A DNA stretch of 64,000 nucleotides from Perkinsela sp. CCAP 1560/9 (GCA_965644495.1 CBFFSA010000001.1:1488001-1552000); one strand, 5' to 3'; counted from the stretch's first letter, positions 22,900-33,088 are shown. A program made the numbers and translations. Notes: a model not told the origin generated them from the letters alone.

Positions 22900-23276
22900 A
22901 CTGTATACTGTTTGTACACGCTGGAAAGGTGATTCCAGCGCGAGTTGGATTTCTCTTCTAATAGACGATCCTGGCCTAGAACGATCATTTGTTGAACGTC
23001 GACTGTAGGAATCGCGGCTCTTGTTTCTCTGTTGCCTTCCACGCGGTCGAGGAAGAGGTCTTCGATCTCCAGTAAGTTCTTTGCTCTTGATCTTGTTACT
23101 ATCCCTGTAACAGCCCTGTTGCTCGTGGAAGGTTGCTTGTACTGAGTACTTCGGACATGACTGGTAGTGCCGGCGCCGGTTGTGGTTTCCGTTTGATTTC
23201 CGTATGTTTCGTTTCCCTCTTCTTGAAATTGATTTTTTATGCCCCTTAATAAATATATTTCCAGAATATTCTTCAC
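22128..23276 (-). CDS. Tyrosine recombinase of YR element A
   Basis: Catalytic pattern SRIDD (R), HKGD (K), HSVKRG (H-x-x-R), AKH (H), WIYL (Y). Confidence 0.92.
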   Translation of the reverse strand: MKNILEIYLLRGIKNQFQEEGNETYGNQTETTTGAGTTSHVRSTQYKQPSTSNRAVTGIVTRSRAKNLLEIEDLFLDRVEGNRETRAAIPTVDVQQMIVLGQDRLLEEKSNSRWNHLSSVYKQYTVWKENLGNDVPSEDWCIICFLESKMRLINPQTQRGTISIQTAHTYAKSLIQIIFRSGGQLQKSTVTAYMRSLQRQGAQMPEHQAPPATREQVLEACEWLLPDEAAGLTLAWKTCSRIDDVKHLRKLDLQVVDLERRILGVTFPTHKGDPFRVGTAIPMTCNLTEWKIFMDQLDKLKPEDKFTTLSTLRANAVLKRVKVELSAHSVKRGALVSLLREGVPLSVIQLLAKHKDLETLWIYLPRLEVALSLGLQDATKLL

Positions 23277-23372
23277 TGTAAAGATTATTGCCCCTAATGT
23301 TGATAGTTCTATTATATTGCCCCTTATATAATCTATTGTTTCTTGGACTAAATTTCTGTTGAATTCTTCGAG

Positions 23373-24128
23373 TCAGAATTTTTTCCCTTGCGGTTTTGTC
23401 ATCGGGCCCGCGTTTCGCCCTGTTCGGTCGTTTTTTGTATCCATGGCTTTGATCATTGCAGGTAGAATTTTTCCCCGCAGTCCCCCGGTCGTTTTTGCTT
23501 CTTCAAGAGCCTGTGCGAAGACGCGGCAGTCCCCATGTTGAACGCGAACTTTGTAAGCAACCAACGCCGCCAATATGTTGTCCCCGACCGCCATGTTCCC
23601 GTCTGATTTCCATACAAGTCCCATTTTCATTGAGTTTCGCACCCAAGCCAAAAATGCTAGCAACAAATCGTTCTTCCGATGCTCGTCTTGGTGATAGCGT
23701 GGGGCATTGCGTTCGGCAGCTCCAATACCAAAGTAGCGACGCAAATGAGCGTCCAATTCCACAAAACTACGATCTCGCGTCTCCGAGGGTGCCTCGATGA
23801 ACATCGCGTACGTAGATAATTCAAGCGGTTCGAACGTTCCAGTCTCTCGGCCTTCAACACGCTCCATCGCAGCGGAGTAAGGGTCAGTGGCGAGTTTCTC
23901 CACCCCATGTAATCGAGCATTCGTCGGAGGAAACGTAAGCTCGCCAAATTTCGCATAGTCCACCAACATAGTTGTTTTCTCTTCGCCAATCTTCTTCACC
24001 ACTCCCTTCCACATTTCTCCACGTGGCACTTTGTCTGAGGACCATAAAACCGCGATAGTGTCGCCAACCTGACTCTCGGCCACAAACCGTCCAATGCGAG
24101 AGTCAGATAGTGGGGGGAGGTCATTCAT
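23373..24128 (-). CDS. Gag-like ORF of YR element A
   Basis: Position upstream of YR; Tudor-like N-terminal module; no CCHC knuckle. Confidence 0.7.
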   Translation of the reverse strand: MNDLPPLSDSRIGRFVAESQVGDTIAVLWSSDKVPRGEMWKGVVKKIGEEKTTMLVDYAKFGELTFPPTNARLHGVEKLATDPYSAAMERVEGRETGTFEPLELSTYAMFIEAPSETRDRSFVELDAHLRRYFGIGAAERNAPRYHQDEHRKNDLLLAFLAWVRNSMKMGLVWKSDGNMAVGDNILAALVAYKVRVQHGDCRVFAQALEEAKTTGGLRGKILPAMIKAMDTKNDRTGRNAGPMTKPQGKKF

Positions 24129-24344
24129 TGTGCGTTTTTTAGAAGTCTACGCATGGAAATTTAACCGAGGGGCTAATATCGGGTCAAATGCCCCGGAAGG
24201 TGGTTATAATTTTCATTGTTCTTTTCCCCGAAAGGGGGTTGTAATTGAATCATGTATAAAAGCTACAATATGTATTCTGAAAATTTACATATTTGCTGAT
24301 TACTTACTTGTAGAATCTTTTTCCTTTACGCGTTTTTTTGTACC

Positions 24345-25649
24345 ATGCGTTCCCAGCGACTTCGCGTGCCGGCGAACCCAGGACATGAGCGAGACCGCAG
24401 CCCTAAGCGAACACGTCCTCTCTCCCCTTTGGACCCCGACAAACGCCGTTCCTTGTCTTGTCCAGCTGGGCGACCACCTCGTCCTGATCCAGCTTCGCCA
24501 GTAGACTCTTTCGCGGTTCCTTCGCTGCGCTATTCTGGCCGAAACCGACGCACAGTACACCCTTCTCCTTACCCCAGCCCTTACCCTGACCCCCTAACGG
24601 CCCCCCAGAACTCGGGAGATATTCCCCCACGGCGGCAGAGCACGCTCAACCCTGACCAAGTTGAGCCTTCCCGCTCCCCTCAGCGTTATGAAGACCTTAA
24701 TCTCGACCATGTAGACCGTGCTATTCGATCCAACCAAAATGCGCGTGGAATATTGACTCAGACTGCTAAGGAAGAATTTGTAACCAAGATAATTAATCTT
24801 CTTCGCAAAGAATACCAGGTCACTGTCGAGGCAGTGTGGTCTCGACCAGGTGATGACATTCGACAGACAGTCATAGGCGACGTTTACATGAAGCACCCAA
24901 ATGACCCAGTGTCCTTAGAATTGGTCGTTGAGTGGGATGGTGATGTCAATACGGCATACCGCTTTCCCCATCCCGACATTACGTATCACGATTTGACGGT
25001 CGTCCGTGTTCGGGCAAAGATGCCTGGAGGGCAGCCGGTGGAATCTTTAATCCCGTCCTTTGAACGAGTACGTATTACAGACCCCAAAAGCTTCTCCCCC
25101 TACGACCCGGTTACGTGGCAACCGTGGATCGACACGGAGGATTTGTTCAAGCCCCGAGACCTCATCCGTGAGCTGCGGGAGGCGCCGCAGCTAGGGGTTC
25201 GATTCAACCCGCCACCGCAGCGGGACCGTTTATTCAAGATCCTTATCGAATGGATCTACGCTGCTCGCCTGACGGAGGGTTGGATGGAGAAACATAACCT
25301 TGCTGTGGCAGAACTCATAATCGAGGAACTCCGTAATCTCTACTGGGCCGCTGCGGGTGTTGCTGTCGAACGCGTGCAACAGCGACTGCATCGTGATGAT
25401 GATCCGAAAGATCGTTATGGGCAACTCGTTCTCGACGAACAACTCCGAGGTCGTCCCCAAGTTCGATCCTCCCGTCGTCGGCCTTTCTGCTTCTCGTGTC
25501 ACCAGCCGGGCCACATTCGTGCGGACTGCCCGCAGATGGCTCAGGCCCAGCACCAGTTTCGTCCCTCCCATCCGACGAATCAGGATTTTCGCGGAGGGGT
25601 GGCGGGCGGCGCCGTCCGTTACGCCGGCGCAACACGGGGTTCCCACTAG
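24345..25649 (+). CDS. Gag of YR element B
   Basis: CCHC zinc knuckle CFSCHQPGHIRADC. Confidence 0.9.
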   Translation: MRSQRLRVPANPGHERDRSPKRTRPLSPLDPDKRRSLSCPAGRPPRPDPASPVDSFAVPSLRYSGRNRRTVHPSPYPSPYPDPLTAPQNSGDIPPRRQSTLNPDQVEPSRSPQRYEDLNLDHVDRAIRSNQNARGILTQTAKEEFVTKIINLLRKEYQVTVEAVWSRPGDDIRQTVIGDVYMKHPNDPVSLELVVEWDGDVNTAYRFPHPDITYHDLTVVRVRAKMPGGQPVESLIPSFERVRITDPKSFSPYDPVTWQPWIDTEDLFKPRDLIRELREAPQLGVRFNPPPQRDRLFKILIEWIYAARLTEGWMEKHNLAVAELIIEELRNLYWAAAGVAVERVQQRLHRDDDPKDRYGQLVLDEQLRGRPQVRSSRRRPFCFSCHQPGHIRADCPQMAQAQHQFRPSHPTNQDFRGGVAGGAVRYAGATRGSH

Positions 25650-28408
25650 GGAATGCCCCCCACCCCTATTACTCGTGCCCCTTGCCTCAGGCAGCAAAGG
25701 GCTCCTACCGCTCCAACCTTACAAACGCGCTTACCCCGACGAGACTCTCCGGTGAGGCGTCCTCGACCCCCTCTTTCTTCCAATCCTCCCCTTCCTCATG
25801 TTGTTTCCACTCGTCCTCCGCGAAGTCGGTCCCTTCCCATACGCGCACTAAACCAGTCCGCAGGAGAAAAACCCGCCGCAGACCGCAACGCCATTCTCCA
25901 AGCCATCCTTCGCCTTCCTCCGAACGACCCACGCACACTACAACTGAGCGACGCTCTCGAACCGATGTGGGCCACGACCACATGGGCCAACAGGGAGCGA
26001 ATTTGGCTACGTATGCAGCAGTACTGCGCGGCAAAGGGTGTTCCTTCAAATTCCACAAACGCGGTTCTCTTCCTCCATTCGCTGCCTCTAGCCAGCTCGA
26101 CGAGAATGGGTTACGCAGGAGGCTTGCGAACTTTATTTCAGTTAATGGGGGAAGAGTCGTCTCCCTTAAAACTATGTATAAAGGCCCTGCAAGCACAGGG
26201 GGGGCTAGAGCCCACGCGCCAAATGCAGCCCGTCAACCCCATTCTTCTACAAAAGCTACGCCGACACTTGAATCCGAAGGAGAGCATGTGTTGCCTCCTA
26301 TGCTGGAAGGCAGCGGCGCGTTGGACCGAGACCGCGGATTTAAGAAGAGAACAGTTCGTGAGTGTAACAAGCTGCGAAGTGATAATTTATTGGGGGAGGG
26401 GGACAAAGACCACACGCCTAAACCCTTTTCGACCACACCTTTACGCCATTGTAACTGGGCCAGGAACGCCAGAACTCGCGCAGCATATCCAAAGCATGAA
26501 CCCCGGGCAACGACTCTGTTACACGACAGTCCGCGAGATGGACCATCAAATACGATCAATACTCGGTCAGGGGTACGGGACGCACTCTATCAAAAGGGGG
26601 GCAATCACTCATCTGTTTCACGAAATCTCTCTCGGAAATTTGCGCATGCAGGAGGTTCAAAACCTAACAAAACACCAGAACATAGAATCACTGCTCAGAT
26701 ACAATGCAAACAGCGTTACAACGGCACGGGCCCTCGGGACACAACGAGTGTCTGCACTCCTTCCGGTACTTTAACAACCTCTCATGTTACAAAGTGTTTT
26801 CACGAAGTCCCCTATCTCCGTAGGCACTCCGTTATATGTGCCCGCCGTAGCTCGCGGCTCGCTATACCGAAGGATATGAGTCTACCCCTCCATGTGAAAA
26901 AGTCAATCCCGGTGATTAAATTGGACAAGGTGAAGGAATGGTTAAATCCTGCGGCAGCCACACGTTTTCGCAAGGTACTAAATGAACTTTTATGGGTTCC
27001 TACAGGCCCGTACCCCGAGCCTTCGGTACGTGGTTCTTTGCCCGAGGAAGACATACGTCTACTTGAGGACGCCGGCGTTATAAGCAAGGTTTCGGGGAAG
27101 GACCTACTCAAAAGACCATCCATGCAATATATGATCCCCTTTACAGTGGTTGAAACCGACGATGAAGGTAATCAACGCCGCAGGTTTATATCCTGGACAC
27201 GAGATGACAACAACAGGCTTTTAAATTATGAACCGGAAGTTGCGCTGTATCACCCATCCAAATATCTACACAAAGCACATGATGCAATGGCAGTGAAGCG
27301 CGACTTCACTTGTGGTTTTTACCAAATTAGTATTCCCTTGAAGGCACGGCCCAAGTTTAGATTTCGATCGACATTGGGCGAAGTTTTCGAGATGAACGTT
27401 CTTCCCATGGGTCATCGCTGCGCACCAGAAATCATGCACACTGTTACCGCCGCAATTGCCGGCGAGAGGTCGGTGTGTCAGGAGCGTTTCTCGTTTCACA
27501 GAGGTGCCACTGACGTTTACGTCGACGGAGTTCGTTTTTCGGGGACAGCGAACGATGCCCTCGAATACGCTCGCTTTATTGACGAGCGGTGTTCCAAAGC
27601 AAACGGCCTCTTTAAAGACGCCGGACAGCCCCCTGCTTTGAAGTATGTTTTCAATGGGGTGGCTTTCGACCACGACACTCATACGGTCTGCCTGGGACCG
27701 AGAGTGGTCAGTAAACTGCAAAAAGACAAATTTCATAAATTGTCTTTTGGTGATCTTGAGGCGGCGGTGGGGCGTCTTCTGTATGGATCTGCAGTCTTGC
27801 GGCTCAATATGCCACGCTTTTATTTCGCGATGAAAGTCGCGCAGCGTAGGATCAACTTATTAAATCGCTGTCCGTATTTGATCGACAAGCCAGTTGATCT
27901 TCCGGTAGTTACTCGTTCTACACTTACCGAATGGCGAAATGAATTGATATGCAATCTTCCCCGACCCCCGCCTCCTCATCCTGACACCGTTCCTCACCAC
28001 CACAAGTTATACACGGATGCTTCTGCGAAGGGATGGGGGGCCATCATTTACCTTGATTCTGGGGAGGTATTAATTACTGGTGAGGCATGGCCGAAAAATT
28101 TTAAGTATGAAGTGAATCGGGCCGAAGCGATGGCGGTCCGCTTAGCTATTAAAAAGTTTGCTATGCACTCCCCCAAAGGAACGTGCTTGGATATCTTCGT
28201 GGATAACACCTCCTGTAAGGCAGCGTTGAACAGGAGATTATCGAAGTCAGAAGGAGTGTCAAAGGAATTGAAAGAAATAATACGAGACACTGAGAAACGT
28301 GGGATTTGTGTCGAGGCGAGATATGTGTCTACGTTGAACAATCCGGCCGATCATATAAGTCGGGGTAAAGAAGTTGACATTAAACAGATTGAAAAGTGTG
28401 TGATGTAA
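25496..28408 (+). CDS. RT-RNase H of YR element B; its -1 frame overlaps the gag end and all of YR
   Basis: PFTVVE..RRRFISW, KRDFTCGFYQI, LPMGHRCAP, YVDG; RNase H YTDAS..AEAMA..FVDN..NPADHISR. Confidence 0.9.
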   Translation: MSPAGPHSCGLPADGSGPAPVSSLPSDESGFSRRGGGRRRPLRRRNTGFPLGNAPHPYYSCPLPQAAKGSYRSNLTNALTPTRLSGEASSTPSFFQSSPSSCCFHSSSAKSVPSHTRTKPVRRRKTRRRPQRHSPSHPSPSSERPTHTTTERRSRTDVGHDHMGQQGANLATYAAVLRGKGCSFKFHKRGSLPPFAASSQLDENGLRRRLANFISVNGGRVVSLKTMYKGPASTGGARAHAPNAARQPHSSTKATPTLESEGEHVLPPMLEGSGALDRDRGFKKRTVRECNKLRSDNLLGEGDKDHTPKPFSTTPLRHCNWARNARTRAAYPKHEPRATTLLHDSPRDGPSNTINTRSGVRDALYQKGGNHSSVSRNLSRKFAHAGGSKPNKTPEHRITAQIQCKQRYNGTGPRDTTSVCTPSGTLTTSHVTKCFHEVPYLRRHSVICARRSSRLAIPKDMSLPLHVKKSIPVIKLDKVKEWLNPAAATRFRKVLNELLWVPTGPYPEPSVRGSLPEEDIRLLEDAGVISKVSGKDLLKRPSMQYMIPFTVVETDDEGNQRRRFISWTRDDNNRLLNYEPEVALYHPSKYLHKAHDAMAVKRDFTCGFYQISIPLKARPKFRFRSTLGEVFEMNVLPMGHRCAPEIMHTVTAAIAGERSVCQERFSFHRGATDVYVDGVRFSGTANDALEYARFIDERCSKANGLFKDAGQPPALKYVFNGVAFDHDTHTVCLGPRVVSKLQKDKFHKLSFGDLEAAVGRLLYGSAVLRLNMPRFYFAMKVAQRRINLLNRCPYLIDKPVDLPVVTRSTLTEWRNELICNLPRPPPPHPDTVPHHHKLYTDASAKGWGAIIYLDSGEVLITGEAWPKNFKYEVNRAEAMAVRLAIKKFAMHSPKGTCLDIFVDNTSCKAALNRRLSKSEGVSKELKEIIRDTEKRGICVEARYVSTLNNPADHISRGKEVDIKQIEKCVM
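25653..26774 (+). CDS. Tyrosine recombinase of YR element B
   Basis: WKAAARWTE (R), GTKT (K), HSIKRG, LTKH, LRYN. Confidence 0.92.
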   Translation: MPPTPITRAPCLRQQRAPTAPTLQTRLPRRDSPVRRPRPPLSSNPPLPHVVSTRPPRSRSLPIRALNQSAGEKPAADRNAILQAILRLPPNDPRTLQLSDALEPMWATTTWANRERIWLRMQQYCAAKGVPSNSTNAVLFLHSLPLASSTRMGYAGGLRTLFQLMGEESSPLKLCIKALQAQGGLEPTRQMQPVNPILLQKLRRHLNPKESMCCLLCWKAAARWTETADLRREQFVSVTSCEVIIYWGRGTKTTRLNPFRPHLYAIVTGPGTPELAQHIQSMNPGQRLCYTTVREMDHQIRSILGQGYGTHSIKRGAITHLFHEISLGNLRMQEVQNLTKHQNIESLLRYNANSVTTARALGTQRVSALLPVL

Positions 28409-28526
28409 AGGGCACGATAATAGACCGGTCATCTATTATTGTGTTATCCTTCCCTAGTTATTTTCGAAAAAAAAAAAAAAAATTACTGTGTGTTCGGGAA
28501 AATATTGTGACGTGTGTGTGGGCAGG

Positions 28527-29664
28527 TAGCCGCCGGGTTTGGCGGGTGCAACCTGCTAACATAGTGATATATTATAAATTTATATTGTTTGTTTTGAAAG
28601 GCCTATTTTGTCAAGATGATGTAGAAGCTACATACGTTTCAATTTGCTTTTCATGTATATGATATGAATAGGTGAACTCATGTGAAAATAAATTATTATT
28701 TCATCTTTATAGTTATTTTCTTTTATGTCCTGTGCGGCCCCTCGGTGTGGATTTCTAGAAGTCTACGCATGGAAATTTAACCGAGGGGCTAATATCGGGT
28801 CAAATGCCCCGGAAGGTGGTTATAATTTTCATTGTTCTTTTCCCCGAAAGGGGGTTGTAATTGAATCATGTATAAAAGCTACAATATGTATTCTGAAAAT
28901 TTACATATTTACTGATTACTTACTTGTAGAATCTTTTTCCTTTACGCGTTTTTTGTCCCACCCACCAAACCCCCATCCTATAGCCGCCGGGTTTGGCGGG
29001 TGCAACCTGCTAACATAGTGATATATTATAAATTTATATTGTTTGTTTTGAAAGGCCTATTTTGTCAAGATGATGTAGAAGCTACATACGTTTCAATTTG
29101 CTTTTCATGTATATGATATGAATAGGTGAACTCATGTGAAAATAAATTATTATTTCATCTTTATAGTTATTTTCTTTTATGTCCTGTGCGGCCCCTCGGT
29201 GTGGATTTCTAGAAGTCTACGCATGGAAATTTAACCGAGGGGCTAATATCGGGTCAAATGCCCCGGAAGGTGGTTATAATTTTCATTGTTCTTTTCCCCG
29301 AAAGGGGGTTGTAATTGAATCATGTATAAAAGCTACAATATGTATTCTGAAAATTTACATATTTACTGATTACTTACTTGTAGAATCTTTTTCCTTTACG
29401 CGTTTTTTGTCCCACCCACCAAACCCCCATCCTATAGCCGCCGGGTTTGGCGGGTGCAACCTGCTAACATAGTGATATATTATAAATTTATATTGTTTGT
29501 TTTGAAAGGCCTATTTTGTCAAGATGATGTAGAAGCTACATACGTTTCAATTTGCTTTTCATGTATATGATATGAATAGGTGAACTCATGTGAAAATAAA
29601 TTATTATTTCATCTTTATAGTTATTTTCTTTTATGTCCTGTGCGGCCCCTCGGTGTGGATTTCT
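28527..29664 (+). repeat. 2.5 tandem copies of the 454-bp B+A terminal unit of element B
   Basis: Identical blocks at an offset of 454 bp. Confidence 0.97.
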
Positions 29665-30654
29665 GCTTTGAAAATACGGCTAGGATTACAATGAGTTACA
29701 CATAATTATCCATCGTTTACTTCCATACATGTATGAATACGGTGCATTAAAACGATTTCACATTTTTACATGTATTACTCAAAGAGTTCCTGCAATACTA
29801 AATATTATAAATAAATGTTATAAATAAAATAATACGGGCATTTTCTAAAATTTTCATCATAGGCTGAAAAAGGACTACATGTTTTCGTACTTCCCACTTG
29901 GGGATTAGCATCCCACACGGGTAACAATGCAACCATGAAAGAGAAGCTGATGCAGAAGCTTGAGAAACATAACGAAATTTTTAGACGCCTCAAGATAATG
30001 GGTCCGAACAATATTTCACTCCGACTTCTCTCCAAATCAGTGAACGTCCGACACTCTTACTTCATGCGCGTGCACGCCCCGGACAATACTCAAGATTCGG
30101 CACTTCAGTTCGATAAAGAGGTAGGAGATGTATTGAAACATTGGTTGGGACCATTGGACCAAGAGCAAATGGAGCTAGCACGACTCCCCGTTAGCGAAGG
30201 CGGGTTGGATCTTACTGCATGTAATTCGATACGACGCGCAGCTTACGCAGCATCACGACAAACGATTTTCGAGCGCCATAATTCTTTTTCAGCTCAGATT
30301 GTCAATCGAAATGCTGTGCGTGCGTCAGAAGAAATACGAAACAGCACAGACACCAATGAAGCGAGCGAACGATCCCAGAAGCTATCCCACATAGCAAGGT
30401 CCACAACCTTCAAAGGAAATTACGACTGGCTGCAGTCAACTGCAAAGTTGGTACCGTCACATCTTTTTAGGCTAGCGGTATTACCGAGATTAGGAATGCC
30501 CCTCCAATCGTCAATGAAAGAAATTCGATGCCCCGGATGCCAAACTGAACTCAACCAACATTCGGTTCTGACCCATCTACCAGGATGCACTCAATGCAAG
30601 GGAATAAATGCCTCATTCAAACATAACACCCTGGTTCGCTACATACACAAGATG

Positions 30655-33088
30655 GGGTAGGGGGGACCTTCGATGAGTACTCATCGAAAGTCTACAACTT
30701 TCCGTGAGTCTCATCGAAAGTCTACAACTTTCGATGAGTACTCATCGAAGCGTTTTTGAGCGACTCTAATAGCGATTTTCGAGCTTTTTTTATTACTCAC
30801 CGAAGCGTTTGCGGCAAACAAACTGAAGCATTTGTGGAAAACAAATTCGCAATCCTGCGGAAGGGGTAGACACAGGTTCTCAGCTGCTGGAGCGCACGGG
30901 TCGCCAAAAAATATTATTATGTCCCAGGGCTACGCTCACAGTTGGGCCTTGCTTGCAAACAGGGGCTTTTGCCTCCAGAAGTGGGCTACGCTCACAGTTG
31001 GGCCTTGCCTCTGGACAATCCTGCGGAAGGGGTAGGTAGACGGGTTGGGGGTACGTTCGTTTAGTTCTCAACGAACGGAAATTTACGGTGGAAGTCACGG
31101 ACTTTTGCATAAGTCAAGGACTTTTGTGGAACACCCAAGAATTTTTTTTGATTTTCTTTTTCCGTGCGTTCAGTATCCTACACTTCGCTACATACGTTGA
31201 CAACGCCTGCGTAGCGAAAACTACGAAATTCAGTGAGCTTCGCAAATTGCTTCCCACTAACGACACACAGGGGAATCCTACGCGGGGTACGGCTCAGGCC
31301 CGCTCACGCGGGCCCTCGCCGTTTCGCGGCCGCGCGCACCCCCGCTCACGCGGGGGCCCCCGCGCGGCCAAAATGGGTACTAAAATTTGTTATCAAGGTA
31401 GTTGGGTTTCGCCAATTGCTTCCCACGAATGGGTACTAAAATTTGTTATCAAGGTAGTTGGGCTTCGCAAATTGCTTCCCACGAATCTAGAGAGAAGCAC
31501 ACGTACAATAATCTTTCACGATAAGTTAAACGAAGTTTAAGTTAAGTTAACGAAGTTAACGAACAGTTGGGCCTTGCTCGCAAACGGGGGCTTTTGCCAC
31601 CAGTAGTGAGCTTCGCTCACAGTCGGGCCTTGCTTGCAGGCGTGGGCTTCGCTCACAGTTGGGCCTTTCTTCCTCCGGGTAGGGGGGACCTTCGATGAAG
31701 CTTCATCGAAAGTGTACAACTTTCGATGAAGCACATTGAAAGTTGTACACTTTCGATGAATCTTCATCGAAGGTGTTTTTGACTTTTTTTTTATTTTTTC
31801 AAATCTTCACGCAAACGTTTTTCGCGGATCCATATAGATATTTTGACTTTTTTGGTGCTTCATCGAAGTGTTTCGTGAAGGCTCGTAGAAGAATTTCACC
31901 GTTTCTTCAGTTTATCTTCATCGAAGCGTTTTTGACTGATCCATATACATATTTTGAGCGACAATCCTGCGGAAGGGGTAAACACAGGATTTTCGTTGAG
32001 TACTCAACGAAGTGCCGGATTTTCGTTGAGTACTCAACGAACGGAAATTCACGGTGGAAATCAAGGACTTTTGTGGAACATCCAAGAATTTTTTTTTGAT
32101 TTTCATTTTCCGTGCGTTCAGTATCCTACACTTCGCTATATACGTTGACAACGCCTGCGTAGCGAAAACTACGAAATTCAGTGAGCTTCGCAAATTGCTT
32201 CCCACTAACGACGCACAGGGGAACCCTACGCGGGGTACGGCTCAGGCCCGCTCACGCGGGCCCTCGCCGTTTCGCGGCCGCGCGCACCCCCGCTCACGCG
32301 GGGGCCCCCGCGCGGCCAAAATGGGTACTAAAATTTGTTATCAAGGTAGTTGGGCTTCGCAAATTGCTTCCCACGAATGGGTACTAAAATTTGTTATCAA
32401 GGTAGTTGGTCAAGATTATCAAGATTATCAAGTAGTTATCAGTTGGGCCTTTCTTCCTCCTCCCTCTAAGGTCCTGCAGATTTTTTACGGTCACAGGGTA
32501 CGTTCGTTGAGAAATCAACGAACGTACCCCCAAGCCAAAATGTGAAAGAAAACGGAAAGTCAGAATTCAGACAAAAAAACAAAAAATTATTGAATTTAAA
32601 ATGAAATTATATGTTTCATGCAACGTGTTTTCAACAGCCAATGGAAAAATTTGTTCAAAAACAAAAAGTTAAAAAAGTCAAAAAAAGTCGAAAACACCTT
32701 CGATGAAGATTCATCGAAGGTCCCCCCTAGCCCTTCCTCCTCCCTCTAAGGACCTGCAGATTTTTTACGGTCACAGGGTACGTTCGTTGAGTACTCAACG
32801 AAAATCCGGATTTTCGTTGAGAAATCAACGAACGTACCCCCAAGCAGGGGTAGACACAGGTTCTCAGTGCGCGACCCGCACGCTGGAGCGCACGGGTCGC
32901 CAAAAAATATTATTATGTCCCAGGGCTACGCTCACAGTTGGCCCTTCGCAAAAAATTGATAAAATACGAAAAATTGAAAAAGTCAAAAACACCTTCGATG
33001 AGTACTCATCGAAAGTCTACAACTTTCCGTGAGACTCATCGAAAGTCTACAACTTACGATGAGTACTCATCGAAGGTCCCCCCTAGCC
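30655..33088. mobile_element. Non-autonomous TIR DNA transposon, 9-bp TSD
   Basis: Termini gggtaggggggaccttcgatgagtactcatcg...cgatgagtactcatcgaaggtcccccctagcc; TSD cacaagatg at 30646-30654 and 33089-33097. Confidence 0.95.
31677..32732. mobile_element. Nested related TIR element, 8-bp TSD
   Basis: Same GGGTAGGGGGG...CCCCCCTAGCC termini; TSD cttcctcc at 31669-31676 and 32733-32740; the uninterrupted target sequence is visible at ~32445-32470. Confidence 0.93.

Larger units (their letters stand above)
24140..29664 (+). mobile_element. VIPER/TATE/Ngaro-like YR retrotransposon B with split direct repeats A1-ORFs-B1-A2-B2-A3-B3
   Basis: A1 24140-24341 matches A2 28756-28956; B copies start at 28527, 28981 and 29435 (period 454 bp); inserted in a T-run without a TSD. 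Confidence 0.93.
20194..29919 (-). mobile_element. VIPER/TATE-like YR retrotransposon A (gag-YR-RT/RH), containing element B in its 5' leader
   Basis: Boundaries are set by the interrupted host ORF (GG microhomology, no TSD). An 18-bp repeat tttgctttgaaaatacgg at 20350-20367 is recreated across the B insertion site (24139|29664). Confidence 0.85.

Noticed and set aside
22128-26774. Prophage or integron integrases, or bacterial retron/DGR RTs
   Set aside because: The YRs sit between Gag-like ORFs and LTR-type RT-RNase H with split direct repeats, which is the eukaryotic DIRS-order layout; polyA tails and SL sequences confirm a eukaryotic context.
31088-32545. Repeated 150-163-aa ORFs in the TIR interior as a transposase
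   Set aside because: No DDE motifs; starts and ends vary between copies; they are GC-rich palindromic non-coding sequence.
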